This document shows positions 46,838 through 56,923 of a stretch of 63,900 nt of DNA, piece after piece (the first letter of the stretch is position 1; each line of letters opens with the position of its first letter). The stretch comes from a virus (taxonomy: Duplodnaviria; Caudoviricetes): positions 1 through 63,900 of the IMG/VR virus record IMGVR_UViG_3300020469_000046, one strand, 5' to 3'. The translations under genes were made by a program, and so were the position numbers. The notes under the pieces are model-generated. The model had not been told where the DNA came from. It did not search any database and saw only the letters and a program-made list of their open reading frames with translations.

Positions 46838-49800
46838 CGTAGATCCTAATACAAGTTTGGTTGGAGTAGGAACTACAAGTCCTAATTACAACTTAGAAGT
46901 TTCTGGTATAATTGGACTTAGTAGTGCTATCAGTATTGGTGGTACTACGGGAATTACAGGGCAAGCATTATTTTCAACTGGTGATGGTGCCGAATGGAGA
47001 GCTCTCCCTAACTTAAGAGACAGTATTTTAGAAATCGCTAGTGAAGGACAAACTATATTCCCTGCGTCAACTATATTTGAACATAATCCTTTACTTTTGG
47101 ATGTATTTTTAAATGGAGTAAAGTTAAGACAAATATCTGAATATGCTTCCGTTAATAGTGAAACAAGAGTTCAAATCCTAGTACCTACATTTCTTGGCGA
47201 TGTTGTAGAATTGATTACCTATAGTGGTACAAGTTTTGCATCTGGTACGCAAGGAATTCAGGGTTTGGGAGGAATAGACGGAGCACAGGGTAGTCAAGGT
47301 GTTCAAGGAAATGATGGTGCATTTGCTGCACAAGGTATTCAAGGCGTTCAAGGTGTTCAAGGATTACCAGGTTCTCAAGGATTTGAAGGAAATCCAGGAC
47401 CTTTAGGTATTCAAGGTATTCAAGGAAATCCTGGAATACAAGGAGACCGTGGTGTTCAGGGAAGTACTGGCCCTCAAGGGAATTTTGGACCTCAAGGAAT
47501 TCAAGGATCTTTAGGTATACAGGGTAATTTTGGATATCAAGGTATTCAAGGTATTCAAGGTGTCATTGGTATTCAAGGAGACTTAGGTGTTCAAGGACCT
47601 GCTGGAGCTGGGGCACAAGGTATTCAAGGAATAGGAAACACTGGTATTCAAGGTGTTCAAGGAAATGACGGTCCTCAAGGTACACAAGGTATTCAAGGAA
47701 TAGGAAACACTGGTGCCCAAGGTGTTCAAGGTGTTCAAGGAACTGATGGTGCCTTTGCTGGTCAAGGTATTCAGGGTACACAAGGTCTTCAAGGTAATTT
47801 TGGTGTTCAAGGATCATCAGGATTATTTGCTGGACAAGGTATCCAAGGCATTCAAGGTCTTCAAGGTATTCTTGGTCCTCAGGGTGATGAAGGTATTCAA
47901 GGTGTTCAGGGGATTCTTGGAGGAAATGGATTACAAGGTATCCAAGGAAACAACGGATCTCAAGGTATTCAGGGTAATTTAGGACTCAAAGGAAATCAAG
48001 GTATTCAAGGTACTCAAGGAATAGTTGGTCCTCAAGGTGCTAATGCATCAGGAGGAAATTATACATTATCTGAAACAGGAGCAATTTCAAGATCTTTTGA
48101 TTCAAAATTAGATGACTTTGTAAGTATTCTTGACTTTGGTGTTGAAGAAGGATCTTCTAAAAGTGAATCTATTAGAACAGCAAACACAAGTCGTTTTATA
48201 TCAGCATTACAGACAGAAAGATCGGTTTATATACCAAAAGGAACTTATGAATTTAATAGTGAAGTATTAGTTCAAAATAAAAATGTAACTATCATTGGTG
48301 ATAGTGAAAGAAATACTATTTTAAAATGGACATCTTCAACTGGATCTAATGGAATAGACTGGACAACCAATACTGCAGAAAGAACATTAATAGTTAGAAA
48401 TGTTAAATTTATTGCTGCTGCAAATAAATCAGGAAGTCCAATCTATGCAAAGGATACTTCAACAAGTGGAGGAACTGTTAAACCAAATGTAGTACTAGAG
48501 AATGTTTCTGCAGAATATGAAGGATCTTTAAGTAGATGGGGTAAAGGATATCATTTTGAAGATTGTAGATGTGGTTACATGAATAGAGTTACATTTGGAG
48601 GAAATCCAACTTTAGATTGTGACTATGGTTTCATATTTACAGGAACTGAGATGGGATGTATTGATAATTATCTCGCTCAATGCCAAGTATCTAATGTTCA
48701 TGGTTCACCTGGTGCTGCTTACTTAGTTAGAGGTACTACTGAAGGAGTGCATATTAGTAATTGCATGGCCATCAATTGCGATGAAGGCGTACGTTCTGAT
48801 CAACATGTAAATGCTAGTGGAGTTCTTCAAGGAGAACCATTTGTAACAGTTCAAGATTCCCACTTTAATGTACATAAAAATGGAATTTACTTAGAGCGTG
48901 TATTACAAAGTTTTATTACTGGCAATTTAATCTACGCATCTAATGTAACAGTTTTTGGCGAGACTCTAGTTAATTGGTGTGGAATTAAATTTGCTGGAAG
49001 TACAGCTAGTATTAAATCTTATAATATTTTAATTACAAATAATATTTTCCACGGTGGTTTTCCAGGTAGAGAATCAGTAACTGATCAAGGTATTTTTCTA
49101 AGATATGCGGAGCATGTTCAAATTGATAATAATCAATTTAAATCATGTGATTCTCCTGCAGTAAAGATTAATGCAAATGCATCAGAATCACAAGTTTTAA
49201 ATAATAGATTCCAGGATTGCACTGAACCAACAATTACCAATTCTGGAGTTAACGTAACTGTTGGAAGTGGTATTGGTGATGTCATAGGAATTAACACTTC
49301 TGGTACTTCAACATTCAAAGATGTAAGAGTAACTGGAATTTTAACTGCAAATCAGATTAACACTGTAGGTGGTGGAACTCCAACAATTACAAGTCCAAAT
49401 AACGTAAATATCAACGCAAATAATGTTGCAATAAGTACCAATGTATCTGTTGGTGGAACTATTAGTGTATATGGTGCAGTAAAATTAGCAACAATTAATC
49501 CTACTCTTGTAGGTACTTCAGGTACAACTGGTGATATTAAAGTTATTCAAGGTGCTCCATTTTATCATGATGGACTTAATTGGAGAGAATTTTATCTTAA
49601 AGAAGGTATACCCGTAACTCAATCTGCAGATACTGAATGGAGTAGTGTTATCTTTAGAAATGATTTTAATACTAGTCTTACAGATCAAAAATTATCAGCA
49701 GCACCAGATTCTATAAATGATGCTGATTTAGTTGCATCTCCACGTAAATATGGTTCTAAAGCATTAAGACTTCAAGATGCTAATTTACGTTATCCACATA

Positions 49801-52400
49801 GATCGGAATATGTTTTTGATGGTGCATGGACTATAGAAGGTTGGTTTTTCTTTGATTCTTTACCTGTTGGAACAGGTAATAATATGGATATATTAATATC
49901 AAAAACAAACTCCGGTGGAAATAATCTTACTGATCAATGGTATTTGGGCGCTTCATTATCAACTAGTGGTCTATATTTTTACTGGTTGAATCGAAATAAT
50001 AGTACTCATAGTAGTGGTGATGGAACTATATTGGATGCTGTTACAGCATCAAGTTATACACAAACATGGTTCCACATTGCTTTGGTTAGAAATCCAGATA
50101 ATGGATCAATACATTTCTTTATAAATGGAACTGAATCTTCTTATACCAGTTCTGATCAAATAATTGATAATGATATTATAGACAATCCTAATAATGATTT
50201 ATTCCTAGGAAGAGACCCATATTATGGTAGAGCATTTGATGGAATGATAGATGACCTTAGGATATCTACTAATGTAAGATATTCATCTAATTTTACTCCA
50301 CCAACTGAAGCATTACCAATAACTGGAACACTTTCTGGTCCTTTTGAACCAAATTACTATAAATCTATTAGAAATATTAGTGATTTAGTTGATGTATCTG
50401 GATCTCCATCTACTGGTCAAGTACTTAAATATAATGGAACAACTTGGGCACCTGCATCAGACTTGACTGCTGATGGTGGATCTGGTATTAGTCTCACAGA
50501 TTTATCTGTAACATCAAATCCAGCAGGAACAAATGCATTATCATACAATAATTCATCAGGAACTTTTGCATTTACCCCAACATCTTTAGTTGGATATGCT
50601 ACTGAAACATTTGTAAATACTGCTATCTCAAATGTTAATACTTATATTGACAGTACAATCGTAGGATTCCTCACTTCTGGAGGATCTGCTTCAGGTTTAA
50701 CTAACCTAACAGGTGCTTCAGCGGGAACATATGGAAACAATGGAAACTCTGCACAAATTGTTGTTGATGGAAATGGAAGAATTACGGGTATCTCTGAAGT
50801 AGCAATTATAGGAAGTTCTACATTTGATATAACAACAACTGCACCTGGTTCGTCGTTCTACAACCTTAGTGGAACTGATAGGAACGGTGCTGTTAGTGGT
50901 AACAATGCAGGAGTAGATGTATATGTTGGAGATACAATCAACTTCAATTTAAGCAATGTATCAGGTAGTCATCCATTCTATATTAGAGTATCAAGTGGTG
51001 GTAGTAATGTAAGCACACCAGGTGCTACTGGTCAAGGTTCTACAGGTAATAGCGTAGTATCATGGACTCCTAATACAGCAGGAACATATTATTATCAGTG
51101 TGGTAATCATAGTGGTATGATTGGAACTATCACAGTATCAAATGCACCTGGTAATAGTATAAATGTATCTGGTATTTCTACATTTAATGATAATGTTTCA
51201 TTCGGTTCAACAATACTAGTCAGTGGTGCAGTAAATCTAACAACCAATAATGCCACTGTAGCAGGTACTTTTGGTGAAACTGGTGATATTAAAATGATTG
51301 GTAGTTCTCCATTCTTCTATGATGGAACTGCTTGGAGAGAATTTTCACTTACTTCTGGAACCGCAATTACTACACCAGGAGATACTGAATGGGATAATGT
51401 TATCTATAGAAATGATTTTGACACTAGTCTTACAGATCAAAGATTAGTGGGAGCAGCAGCAACTTCTATAAATGATGCTACTTTAGTTACATCTCCAGTT
51501 AAGGTTGGTACTAAAGCATTAAGAATTCAAGACGGTGGTTATGTTCAGTATAGACATAGAAGTGAATATGAATTTAGTGGTGAGTGGACTATAGAAGGTT
51601 GGTTTTTCTTTGATTCTTTACCTGTTGGAACAGGTAATAATATGGATATATTAATATCAAAAACAAACTCCGGTGGAAATAATCTTACTGATCAATGGTA
51701 TTTGGGCGCTTCATTATCAACTAGTGGTCTATATTTTTACTGGTTGAATCGAAATAATAGTACTCATAGTAGTGGTGATGGAACTATATTGGATGCTGTT
51801 ACAGCATCAAGTTATACACAAACATGGTTCCACATTGCTTTGGTTAGAAATCCAGATAATGGATCAATACATTTCTTTATAAATGGAACTGAATCTTCTT
51901 ATACCAGTTCTGATCAAATAATTGATAATGATATTATAGACAATCCTAATAATGATTTATTCCTAGGAAGAGAACCATATTATGGCAGAACATTTGACGG
52001 ATCAATAGATGACTTAAGAATAACTAAAAAAGCATTATACACATCTAATTTTACTCCTTCAACAACAGCACTTCCTATTTCTGGAACTGTTACAACCGAA
52101 ACTTTTGTACCTAATAATAAGTATGGAGAAATTGTTCTTGGTTCCTCTCCTTCTTGGTTAGGAACATCTGGTGTTACTGTTTCACAACAATCTTCTGGAA
52201 ACTACCGTCTGACATTCACTACATCATATACAAATAGTAATGATTATTCTGTTACATCACAAGGAATGGATCAAGGATTCGCATCCTATATTAGTGTTGT
52301 AAGGTCTGCTACTCATATAGATTTTGCGATTAATAGGCAGAGTAATGATTCTGCTGTAGACACTGGATCTATTTCAGTTCGAGTAATTAATCATGATTAA
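46776..52400 (+). CDS. Collagen-like tail fibre with pectate-lyase-like beta-helix, two LamG domains and a cupredoxin-like module
   Basis: KLDDFVSILDFG...VYIPKGTY tailspike entry; WTIEGW...W.HIALVR...FING...G.IDDLRI twice; HPF...YYQCGNHSGM. Confidence 0.82.
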   Translation: MSIDKNFVIKNGLEVDAGTLFVDPNTSLVGVGTTSPNYNLEVSGIIGLSSAISIGGTTGITGQALFSTGDGAEWRALPNLRDSILEIASEGQTIFPASTIFEHNPLLLDVFLNGVKLRQISEYASVNSETRVQILVPTFLGDVVELITYSGTSFASGTQGIQGLGGIDGAQGSQGVQGNDGAFAAQGIQGVQGVQGLPGSQGFEGNPGPLGIQGIQGNPGIQGDRGVQGSTGPQGNFGPQGIQGSLGIQGNFGYQGIQGIQGVIGIQGDLGVQGPAGAGAQGIQGIGNTGIQGVQGNDGPQGTQGIQGIGNTGAQGVQGVQGTDGAFAGQGIQGTQGLQGNFGVQGSSGLFAGQGIQGIQGLQGILGPQGDEGIQGVQGILGGNGLQGIQGNNGSQGIQGNLGLKGNQGIQGTQGIVGPQGANASGGNYTLSETGAISRSFDSKLDDFVSILDFGVEEGSSKSESIRTANTSRFISALQTERSVYIPKGTYEFNSEVLVQNKNVTIIGDSERNTILKWTSSTGSNGIDWTTNTAERTLIVRNVKFIAAANKSGSPIYAKDTSTSGGTVKPNVVLENVSAEYEGSLSRWGKGYHFEDCRCGYMNRVTFGGNPTLDCDYGFIFTGTEMGCIDNYLAQCQVSNVHGSPGAAYLVRGTTEGVHISNCMAINCDEGVRSDQHVNASGVLQGEPFVTVQDSHFNVHKNGIYLERVLQSFITGNLIYASNVTVFGETLVNWCGIKFAGSTASIKSYNILITNNIFHGGFPGRESVTDQGIFLRYAEHVQIDNNQFKSCDSPAVKINANASESQVLNNRFQDCTEPTITNSGVNVTVGSGIGDVIGINTSGTSTFKDVRVTGILTANQINTVGGGTPTITSPNNVNINANNVAISTNVSVGGTISVYGAVKLATINPTLVGTSGTTGDIKVIQGAPFYHDGLNWREFYLKEGIPVTQSADTEWSSVIFRNDFNTSLTDQKLSAAPDSINDADLVASPRKYGSKALRLQDANLRYPHRSEYVFDGAWTIEGWFFFDSLPVGTGNNMDILISKTNSGGNNLTDQWYLGASLSTSGLYFYWLNRNNSTHSSGDGTILDAVTASSYTQTWFHIALVRNPDNGSIHFFINGTESSYTSSDQIIDNDIIDNPNNDLFLGRDPYYGRAFDGMIDDLRISTNVRYSSNFTPPTEALPITGTLSGPFEPNYYKSIRNISDLVDVSGSPSTGQVLKYNGTTWAPASDLTADGGSGISLTDLSVTSNPAGTNALSYNNSSGTFAFTPTSLVGYATETFVNTAISNVNTYIDSTIVGFLTSGGSASGLTNLTGASAGTYGNNGNSAQIVVDGNGRITGISEVAIIGSSTFDITTTAPGSSFYNLSGTDRNGAVSGNNAGVDVYVGDTINFNLSNVSGSHPFYIRVSSGGSNVSTPGATGQGSTGNSVVSWTPNTAGTYYYQCGNHSGMIGTITVSNAPGNSINVSGISTFNDNVSFGSTILVSGAVNLTTNNATVAGTFGETGDIKMIGSSPFFYDGTAWREFSLTSGTAITTPGDTEWDNVIYRNDFDTSLTDQRLVGAAATSINDATLVTSPVKVGTKALRIQDGGYVQYRHRSEYEFSGEWTIEGWFFFDSLPVGTGNNMDILISKTNSGGNNLTDQWYLGASLSTSGLYFYWLNRNNSTHSSGDGTILDAVTASSYTQTWFHIALVRNPDNGSIHFFINGTESSYTSSDQIIDNDIIDNPNNDLFLGREPYYGRTFDGSIDDLRITKKALYTSNFTPSTTALPISGTVTTETFVPNNKYGEIVLGSSPSWLGTSGVTVSQQSSGNYRLTFTTSYTNSNDYSVTSQGMDQGFASYISVVRSATHIDFAINRQSNDSAVDTGSISVRVINHD
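49827..50215 (+). repeat. 389-bp exact direct repeat, copy 1 (LamG core)
   Basis: No mismatch to 51585-51973 found by eye. Confidence 0.88.
51585..51973 (+). repeat. 389-bp exact direct repeat, copy 2
   Basis: Offset 1758 bp (in frame) from copy 1. Confidence 0.88.
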
Positions 52401-52454
52401 AAACTGGATAGATCTTTAACTAAATAAATATAGAAAAGAGTAAGCAAATCAACA

Positions 52455-53777
52455 ATGTCTGAAATTAGAGTTGATACTATAAAAAATAGGGCTGGAACAG
52501 GTTCTCCTGCCTTTACTGGTAATATTACCGCCGATGGTTTCATCATTTCAGGCGGAGGATCTGGATTTGTAAAGGCAGATGGAACAGTAGATTCTAATAC
52601 TTATCTTTCCAGTATAAATGTTGGTGATGGCGACATTACATTTGCCGCTAGTGGAAATGGATTAAGTCTTAGTGCAGATCCAAAATTTAATCTAAATCAA
52701 TCTAGTAATAAAACTATCACATTTACATTATCAAGTTCTACTGGAGCATCTGCCAATAGTATTTGTAGAAGAGATGCTAATGGAGATATTACTTTTAGAA
52801 ATCTAAATGCAACTGATGTTCTTGCATCGGACGATGTAATTGCCACAGGTGCAATCGCTAGTAAAGGTGGATCATATTTTTATAATACTAGTATGGTGAA
52901 TAATCCATTGACATTGACTGATTATTATCAAAGTCGAGGATTAGGAACTGATGTTTCAGCAACTTTTGCAACTGGAATAAACGTTGCTATTGCATCCCCC
53001 AATGTAAACGCTGCTACAGTTGAATTTTATAAGACCAGAAGAACTGGATCTTTAACTGTAAGTAGAGTGACAGCTGAGGCAGGAGATGCCATGATGGGAC
53101 TTGTCTCTAGTGCTGATGATGGAACTTCCGATGTCTTTGTTGGTGCCATGTACTGCAGTGTAACCAGAACAGAATCACTAGCAAATTCCACTAACAAGGC
53201 TGGTTTCTTCCAGTTTGTCTATAACGCAGATGATTCTTTTGGAAGTAATGCACCAAGAAGAGAATGGGTTACGATTGGCGAGGCAACCAGCAATGTAGAC
53301 GCTGTTGGACCAACTACAGTTAGAATTCCCTTTGTTACACAAACTTCAGGAGGAAATACTGCTAGATTTGATGCTCAGAACCGATTGATAAAGGCTAACT
53401 CAAGTAGAGAATTCAAAACAGGTATTGAAGATCTTGATCGTAATTATGCTTATAATATGTTAAATAACCTAAAACCTGTTTGGTTTAGGTCTAAATGTGA
53501 AGCAGATAATCCAAATTGGTCTTGGTATGGAATGATTGCTGAAGATGTTTCTGAAGTAGATCCCAGAATGGCTGTCTGGGAATATGCAGAAGATCAGTAT
53601 GAACTTATTACTGAAAAAGATGCTATAAAGAAAACATTAAAACCTGGAGCACAATTATCTCCACAAAGTGTTCAATATGATAAACTTGCAGTTATTCTTT
53701 GGAAAGTTGTTCAAGATCAACAAACTGCAATAACAGACCTAGAAACAAAGGTTAGAGCACTTGAATCTGCCGCTTGA
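52455..53777 (+). CDS. Tail fibre with peptidase S74-like chaperone
   Basis: N-terminus paralogous to the 39585 gene; SSREFKTGI...LKPVWF...YGMIAEDV.EV.P. Confidence 0.78.
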   Translation: MSEIRVDTIKNRAGTGSPAFTGNITADGFIISGGGSGFVKADGTVDSNTYLSSINVGDGDITFAASGNGLSLSADPKFNLNQSSNKTITFTLSSSTGASANSICRRDANGDITFRNLNATDVLASDDVIATGAIASKGGSYFYNTSMVNNPLTLTDYYQSRGLGTDVSATFATGINVAIASPNVNAATVEFYKTRRTGSLTVSRVTAEAGDAMMGLVSSADDGTSDVFVGAMYCSVTRTESLANSTNKAGFFQFVYNADDSFGSNAPRREWVTIGEATSNVDAVGPTTVRIPFVTQTSGGNTARFDAQNRLIKANSSREFKTGIEDLDRNYAYNMLNNLKPVWFRSKCEADNPNWSWYGMIAEDVSEVDPRMAVWEYAEDQYELITEKDAIKKTLKPGAQLSPQSVQYDKLAVILWKVVQDQQTAITDLETKVRALESAA

Positions 53778-53816
53778 TTATTTTAAATTATTACTTAACT
53801 TTATATTTTAATTAAA

Positions 53817-56576
53817 ATGTCAGCAAATAGAGAACTTTCACAATTTGGAACCTTTGTAGATGTAGATGATACATTAGAAACTATAGGTTTATCTACTGAC
53901 GTTAGAATTTTTGGTAAGTTAACTGCAACTGAACTCGACGGATTAACAAATCCTGTAGGAAAAACTATTTTTGTTGCAAAAGGTGGTAGTGACGATAATA
54001 CTGGATTAACTGAAGCAGATGCAAAACTAACAATAAAATCTGCAGTGTCTATGGCAATGCCAGGAGACACTGTTGTTGTCTTTCCAGGACAATATATTGA
54101 AGATAACCCTATTTTTCTAAAGAAAACAGTAACTGTAAGAGGAAAAGAATTAAGAAACTGTCTCATAACTCCCAAAAGAAAAAATCGTGATATTTTTCAT
54201 GTATCAAATGGTGTTCACATAACCGATTTTTCCTTCGTTGGTCCTGCAATGACTGATGGAGCAGCAATAGTTGCATTCCAACCACTAGCTGGAGTTTCTT
54301 CTGATAGATATTTTGATGCTGCAAGACTTATCAGAGATAATTTAAATTTTATTGCAGCAGAATCGGTAGGATATATAACGAGTACCGCTTATAGAAGTCC
54401 TGCATTTGTAGTTGCGGACGCACAAGGAAATCCAACAGATCCTCAATCATGTAGAGATGATGTCAGAGATGTATTAAAAGCAGTTTGTTTTGACCTCACA
54501 AGAGGAGGAAACTCAAAATGTATTAATGCTGGTAAACTATATTATACTAATGCTGGAGCTTTACAACATGTTGTTGGTGTAAAAACAGAAACTATTGATA
54601 CGTTAAATTATGCAATTGGAATTGCACAATCTTGTATTAATAATGTTATCTGGGAAGGTGACCATCAAGATACTTACTTCCAAGTTAGAGATTTAAGTAT
54701 CCAAGGAGATCCGATAACATCTTCAAATGTAAGTCCAGACTCATGTGCTACTATTAAAAGTTCAATTGCAAATTGTGTTGGAATTGTAACTAGTATTATC
54801 CAAGAAGGATTAAACATTCTTAGTCCTGCAGGTATTCAAACATCATATCCTGGAAATGCTGGATATGGAATAACAAACTTTAAATATGTAAATACTTCAT
54901 CTTATAATGCAGAAACTGGAGATTTAGATCTTTCAATTCCAAATTTCACAGTAAAAAGAGGTGATTTAATTGAGATTAGAGATTTAAAATATGAATGTAC
55001 TTCTGGTGGAATTACATCTACTACTGAATTCCCATCAGGAAAAAATGGGAGTGAATTTATTGTTGATAAAATTAATAATGATGGATCCTTTAGAATCAAT
55101 GTAGGTATTTCCACTATTGAACATAACTATGTTGGAGGTGGATTTGCTGTTGATAGATGGTATGATATTCAAAATGTTCTTTATGATGGAATAACAGGAA
55201 TTACAACAATTGTTGCATCTTCAGATCTAAGAGTAAAAACTGGAGATTTTGTAGAACTAAGAGATATTGAATTCCAATGCAGTAGTGGTGCAGCAACTAC
55301 TACATTCTATCCAAGTGGAAAGGAAGGAGTAGACTTTGTAATTTCTAGTGTTACAGGCGCTGGAACTACACAAACATCATTCACTGTGAATGTAGGAGTT
55401 TCTACTATTCCCCATAATTATGTTGCTGGTGGATTAATTAGATCACCATATTCTGCTGGAGTTGGTCCTATTCTACAAGGTCCATATACAAGAAACTGTA
55501 CCAACTTCATTCCCGATAGTATCGGAATGAAAGTGAATGGATTTGCTGCAGAACCAGGAGATCAAGAAGATACTGGTGTTACTGGATCCATGTCAGTTGA
55601 CTCTTATACTCAGTTTAATCAGGGTGGTATTGGAGTTTCAATTACAAATGGTGCTTACTCTCAGTTAGTTTCTATTTTCACAATTTGTAATGAGATTGCT
55701 ATTTACACAGAATCTGGTGGTCAATGTGACCTAACAAACTCTAACTCTTCATTCGGTAATTTTGGATTAGTTTCAAGTGGAGTTGGAGATGCTACTAGTA
55801 GATCTGTCTATAGATTTACTGGAATTTCAAGTGCAGTAGCAACAACTGAGGATGATGTACTTGTAGTTGGTGATCTTGGAATAAGACCATATACTGGTCA
55901 ATCAATGTTTATCAATGAATTATTCTATGATGTAAAATCTATCAGAATCACAGATGAAGGTTCAGGTTATACAACTCCACCAATAATTACAATCACCGAA
56001 CCAAGTGGTCCACAAGCAATTAGAGCAGAAGCATTTGCAACATTAAAACCTGATGGTAGTCTTGCAGAAATATCTCTAATTGGTAATGGTAGAAACTATA
56101 GATTATCAGATAATGCAACTATAACTTTAACTGGTGGTGGTGGATCTTCTGCTGCTGCAGAGGTTGAAATGAGACCTCTTTACTATAAAATAAATACCGC
56201 AACTAATCCAACGGCAGGAATTTCAAGTGTAACAATTTCTGGAACATTTAATAATGATATTTCAATTGGTTCTACTTGTTATTTTACCAGACAAAGTTTA
56301 CAAATTGTATCTTCACATTCTTTTGAGTTTATTGGTTCTGGAAACGATATTTTAAAGGCAAAACCAGGTCTTGGTGGAGTCACGATCACTGCAAATGAAA
56401 TTATAAAAGAGAATGGTGGTCAAGTTGTTTACACAAGTACGGATCAAGATGGTAACTTTGCAATTGGTGATGATGTTTTAATCAACCAGGCAACTGGTAC
56501 AATTGAGGGTAGAGCATTTGAACAAAGTCTACTAAATACAGTAACACCTCTAATTATCGCACTGGGCGGACTCTAA
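53817..56576 (+). CDS. Virion structural protein (beta-helix type)
   Basis: IFVAKGGSDDN.G...LTIKSA...PGQY.E.NP; SMSVDSYTQFN.GG.G; SSH.FE..G.G. Confidence 0.7.
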   Translation: MSANRELSQFGTFVDVDDTLETIGLSTDVRIFGKLTATELDGLTNPVGKTIFVAKGGSDDNTGLTEADAKLTIKSAVSMAMPGDTVVVFPGQYIEDNPIFLKKTVTVRGKELRNCLITPKRKNRDIFHVSNGVHITDFSFVGPAMTDGAAIVAFQPLAGVSSDRYFDAARLIRDNLNFIAAESVGYITSTAYRSPAFVVADAQGNPTDPQSCRDDVRDVLKAVCFDLTRGGNSKCINAGKLYYTNAGALQHVVGVKTETIDTLNYAIGIAQSCINNVIWEGDHQDTYFQVRDLSIQGDPITSSNVSPDSCATIKSSIANCVGIVTSIIQEGLNILSPAGIQTSYPGNAGYGITNFKYVNTSSYNAETGDLDLSIPNFTVKRGDLIEIRDLKYECTSGGITSTTEFPSGKNGSEFIVDKINNDGSFRINVGISTIEHNYVGGGFAVDRWYDIQNVLYDGITGITTIVASSDLRVKTGDFVELRDIEFQCSSGAATTTFYPSGKEGVDFVISSVTGAGTTQTSFTVNVGVSTIPHNYVAGGLIRSPYSAGVGPILQGPYTRNCTNFIPDSIGMKVNGFAAEPGDQEDTGVTGSMSVDSYTQFNQGGIGVSITNGAYSQLVSIFTICNEIAIYTESGGQCDLTNSNSSFGNFGLVSSGVGDATSRSVYRFTGISSAVATTEDDVLVVGDLGIRPYTGQSMFINELFYDVKSIRITDEGSGYTTPPIITITEPSGPQAIRAEAFATLKPDGSLAEISLIGNGRNYRLSDNATITLTGGGGSSAAAEVEMRPLYYKINTATNPTAGISSVTISGTFNNDISIGSTCYFTRQSLQIVSSHSFEFIGSGNDILKAKPGLGGVTITANEIIKENGGQVVYTSTDQDGNFAIGDDVLINQATGTIEGRAFEQSLLNTVTPLIIALGGL

Positions 56577-56577
56577 A

Positions 56578-56919
56578 ATGGCAGCAATTGCACTTAATAC
56601 TTACAAAACAGTAAGAGCACCTGTTGGTATCAACACTGTTGGAATTTACACCGCACCTCAAGGAGTAGCAACTATTATTCTTTATGCACAAATTGCAAAT
56701 ACCAGTGCTGGAATTGTAACGGTATCTGCTTATCATAGTAGAGCGACTGATGGTCATGAAGATGTTGAAATTATATTAGAAGCAAAAATTCCACCCAATG
56801 ATGCATTAAATATTTTAGATGGTAGACTAGTTCTCGAAACTGGAGATATTCTAAAATTTGAGGGAACCCAAGATAATAGTATGAAAGCAATTGTGAGTAT
56901 CCTAGAATCTGCAAAATAA
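56578..56919 (+). CDS. Small virion protein
   Basis: IYTAP...IAN...IP..D...G.LVLETGD.L...SILE motif typical of T4-like fibre clusters. Confidence 0.65.
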   Translation: MAAIALNTYKTVRAPVGINTVGIYTAPQGVATIILYAQIANTSAGIVTVSAYHSRATDGHEDVEIILEAKIPPNDALNILDGRLVLETGDILKFEGTQDNSMKAIVSILESAK

Positions 56920-56923
56920 TTAA

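Noticed and set aside
49827-51973. Diversity-generating retroelement TR/VR pair
   Set aside because: The copies show no adenine-specific mismatches, both are in-frame domains of one gene, and there is no reverse transcriptase in the window.
53801-54175. Minus-strand 124-aa ORF (similar cases at 20132, 28023, 43812 and 61678)
   Set aside because: Antisense to long, well-supported genes and without motifs of their own.
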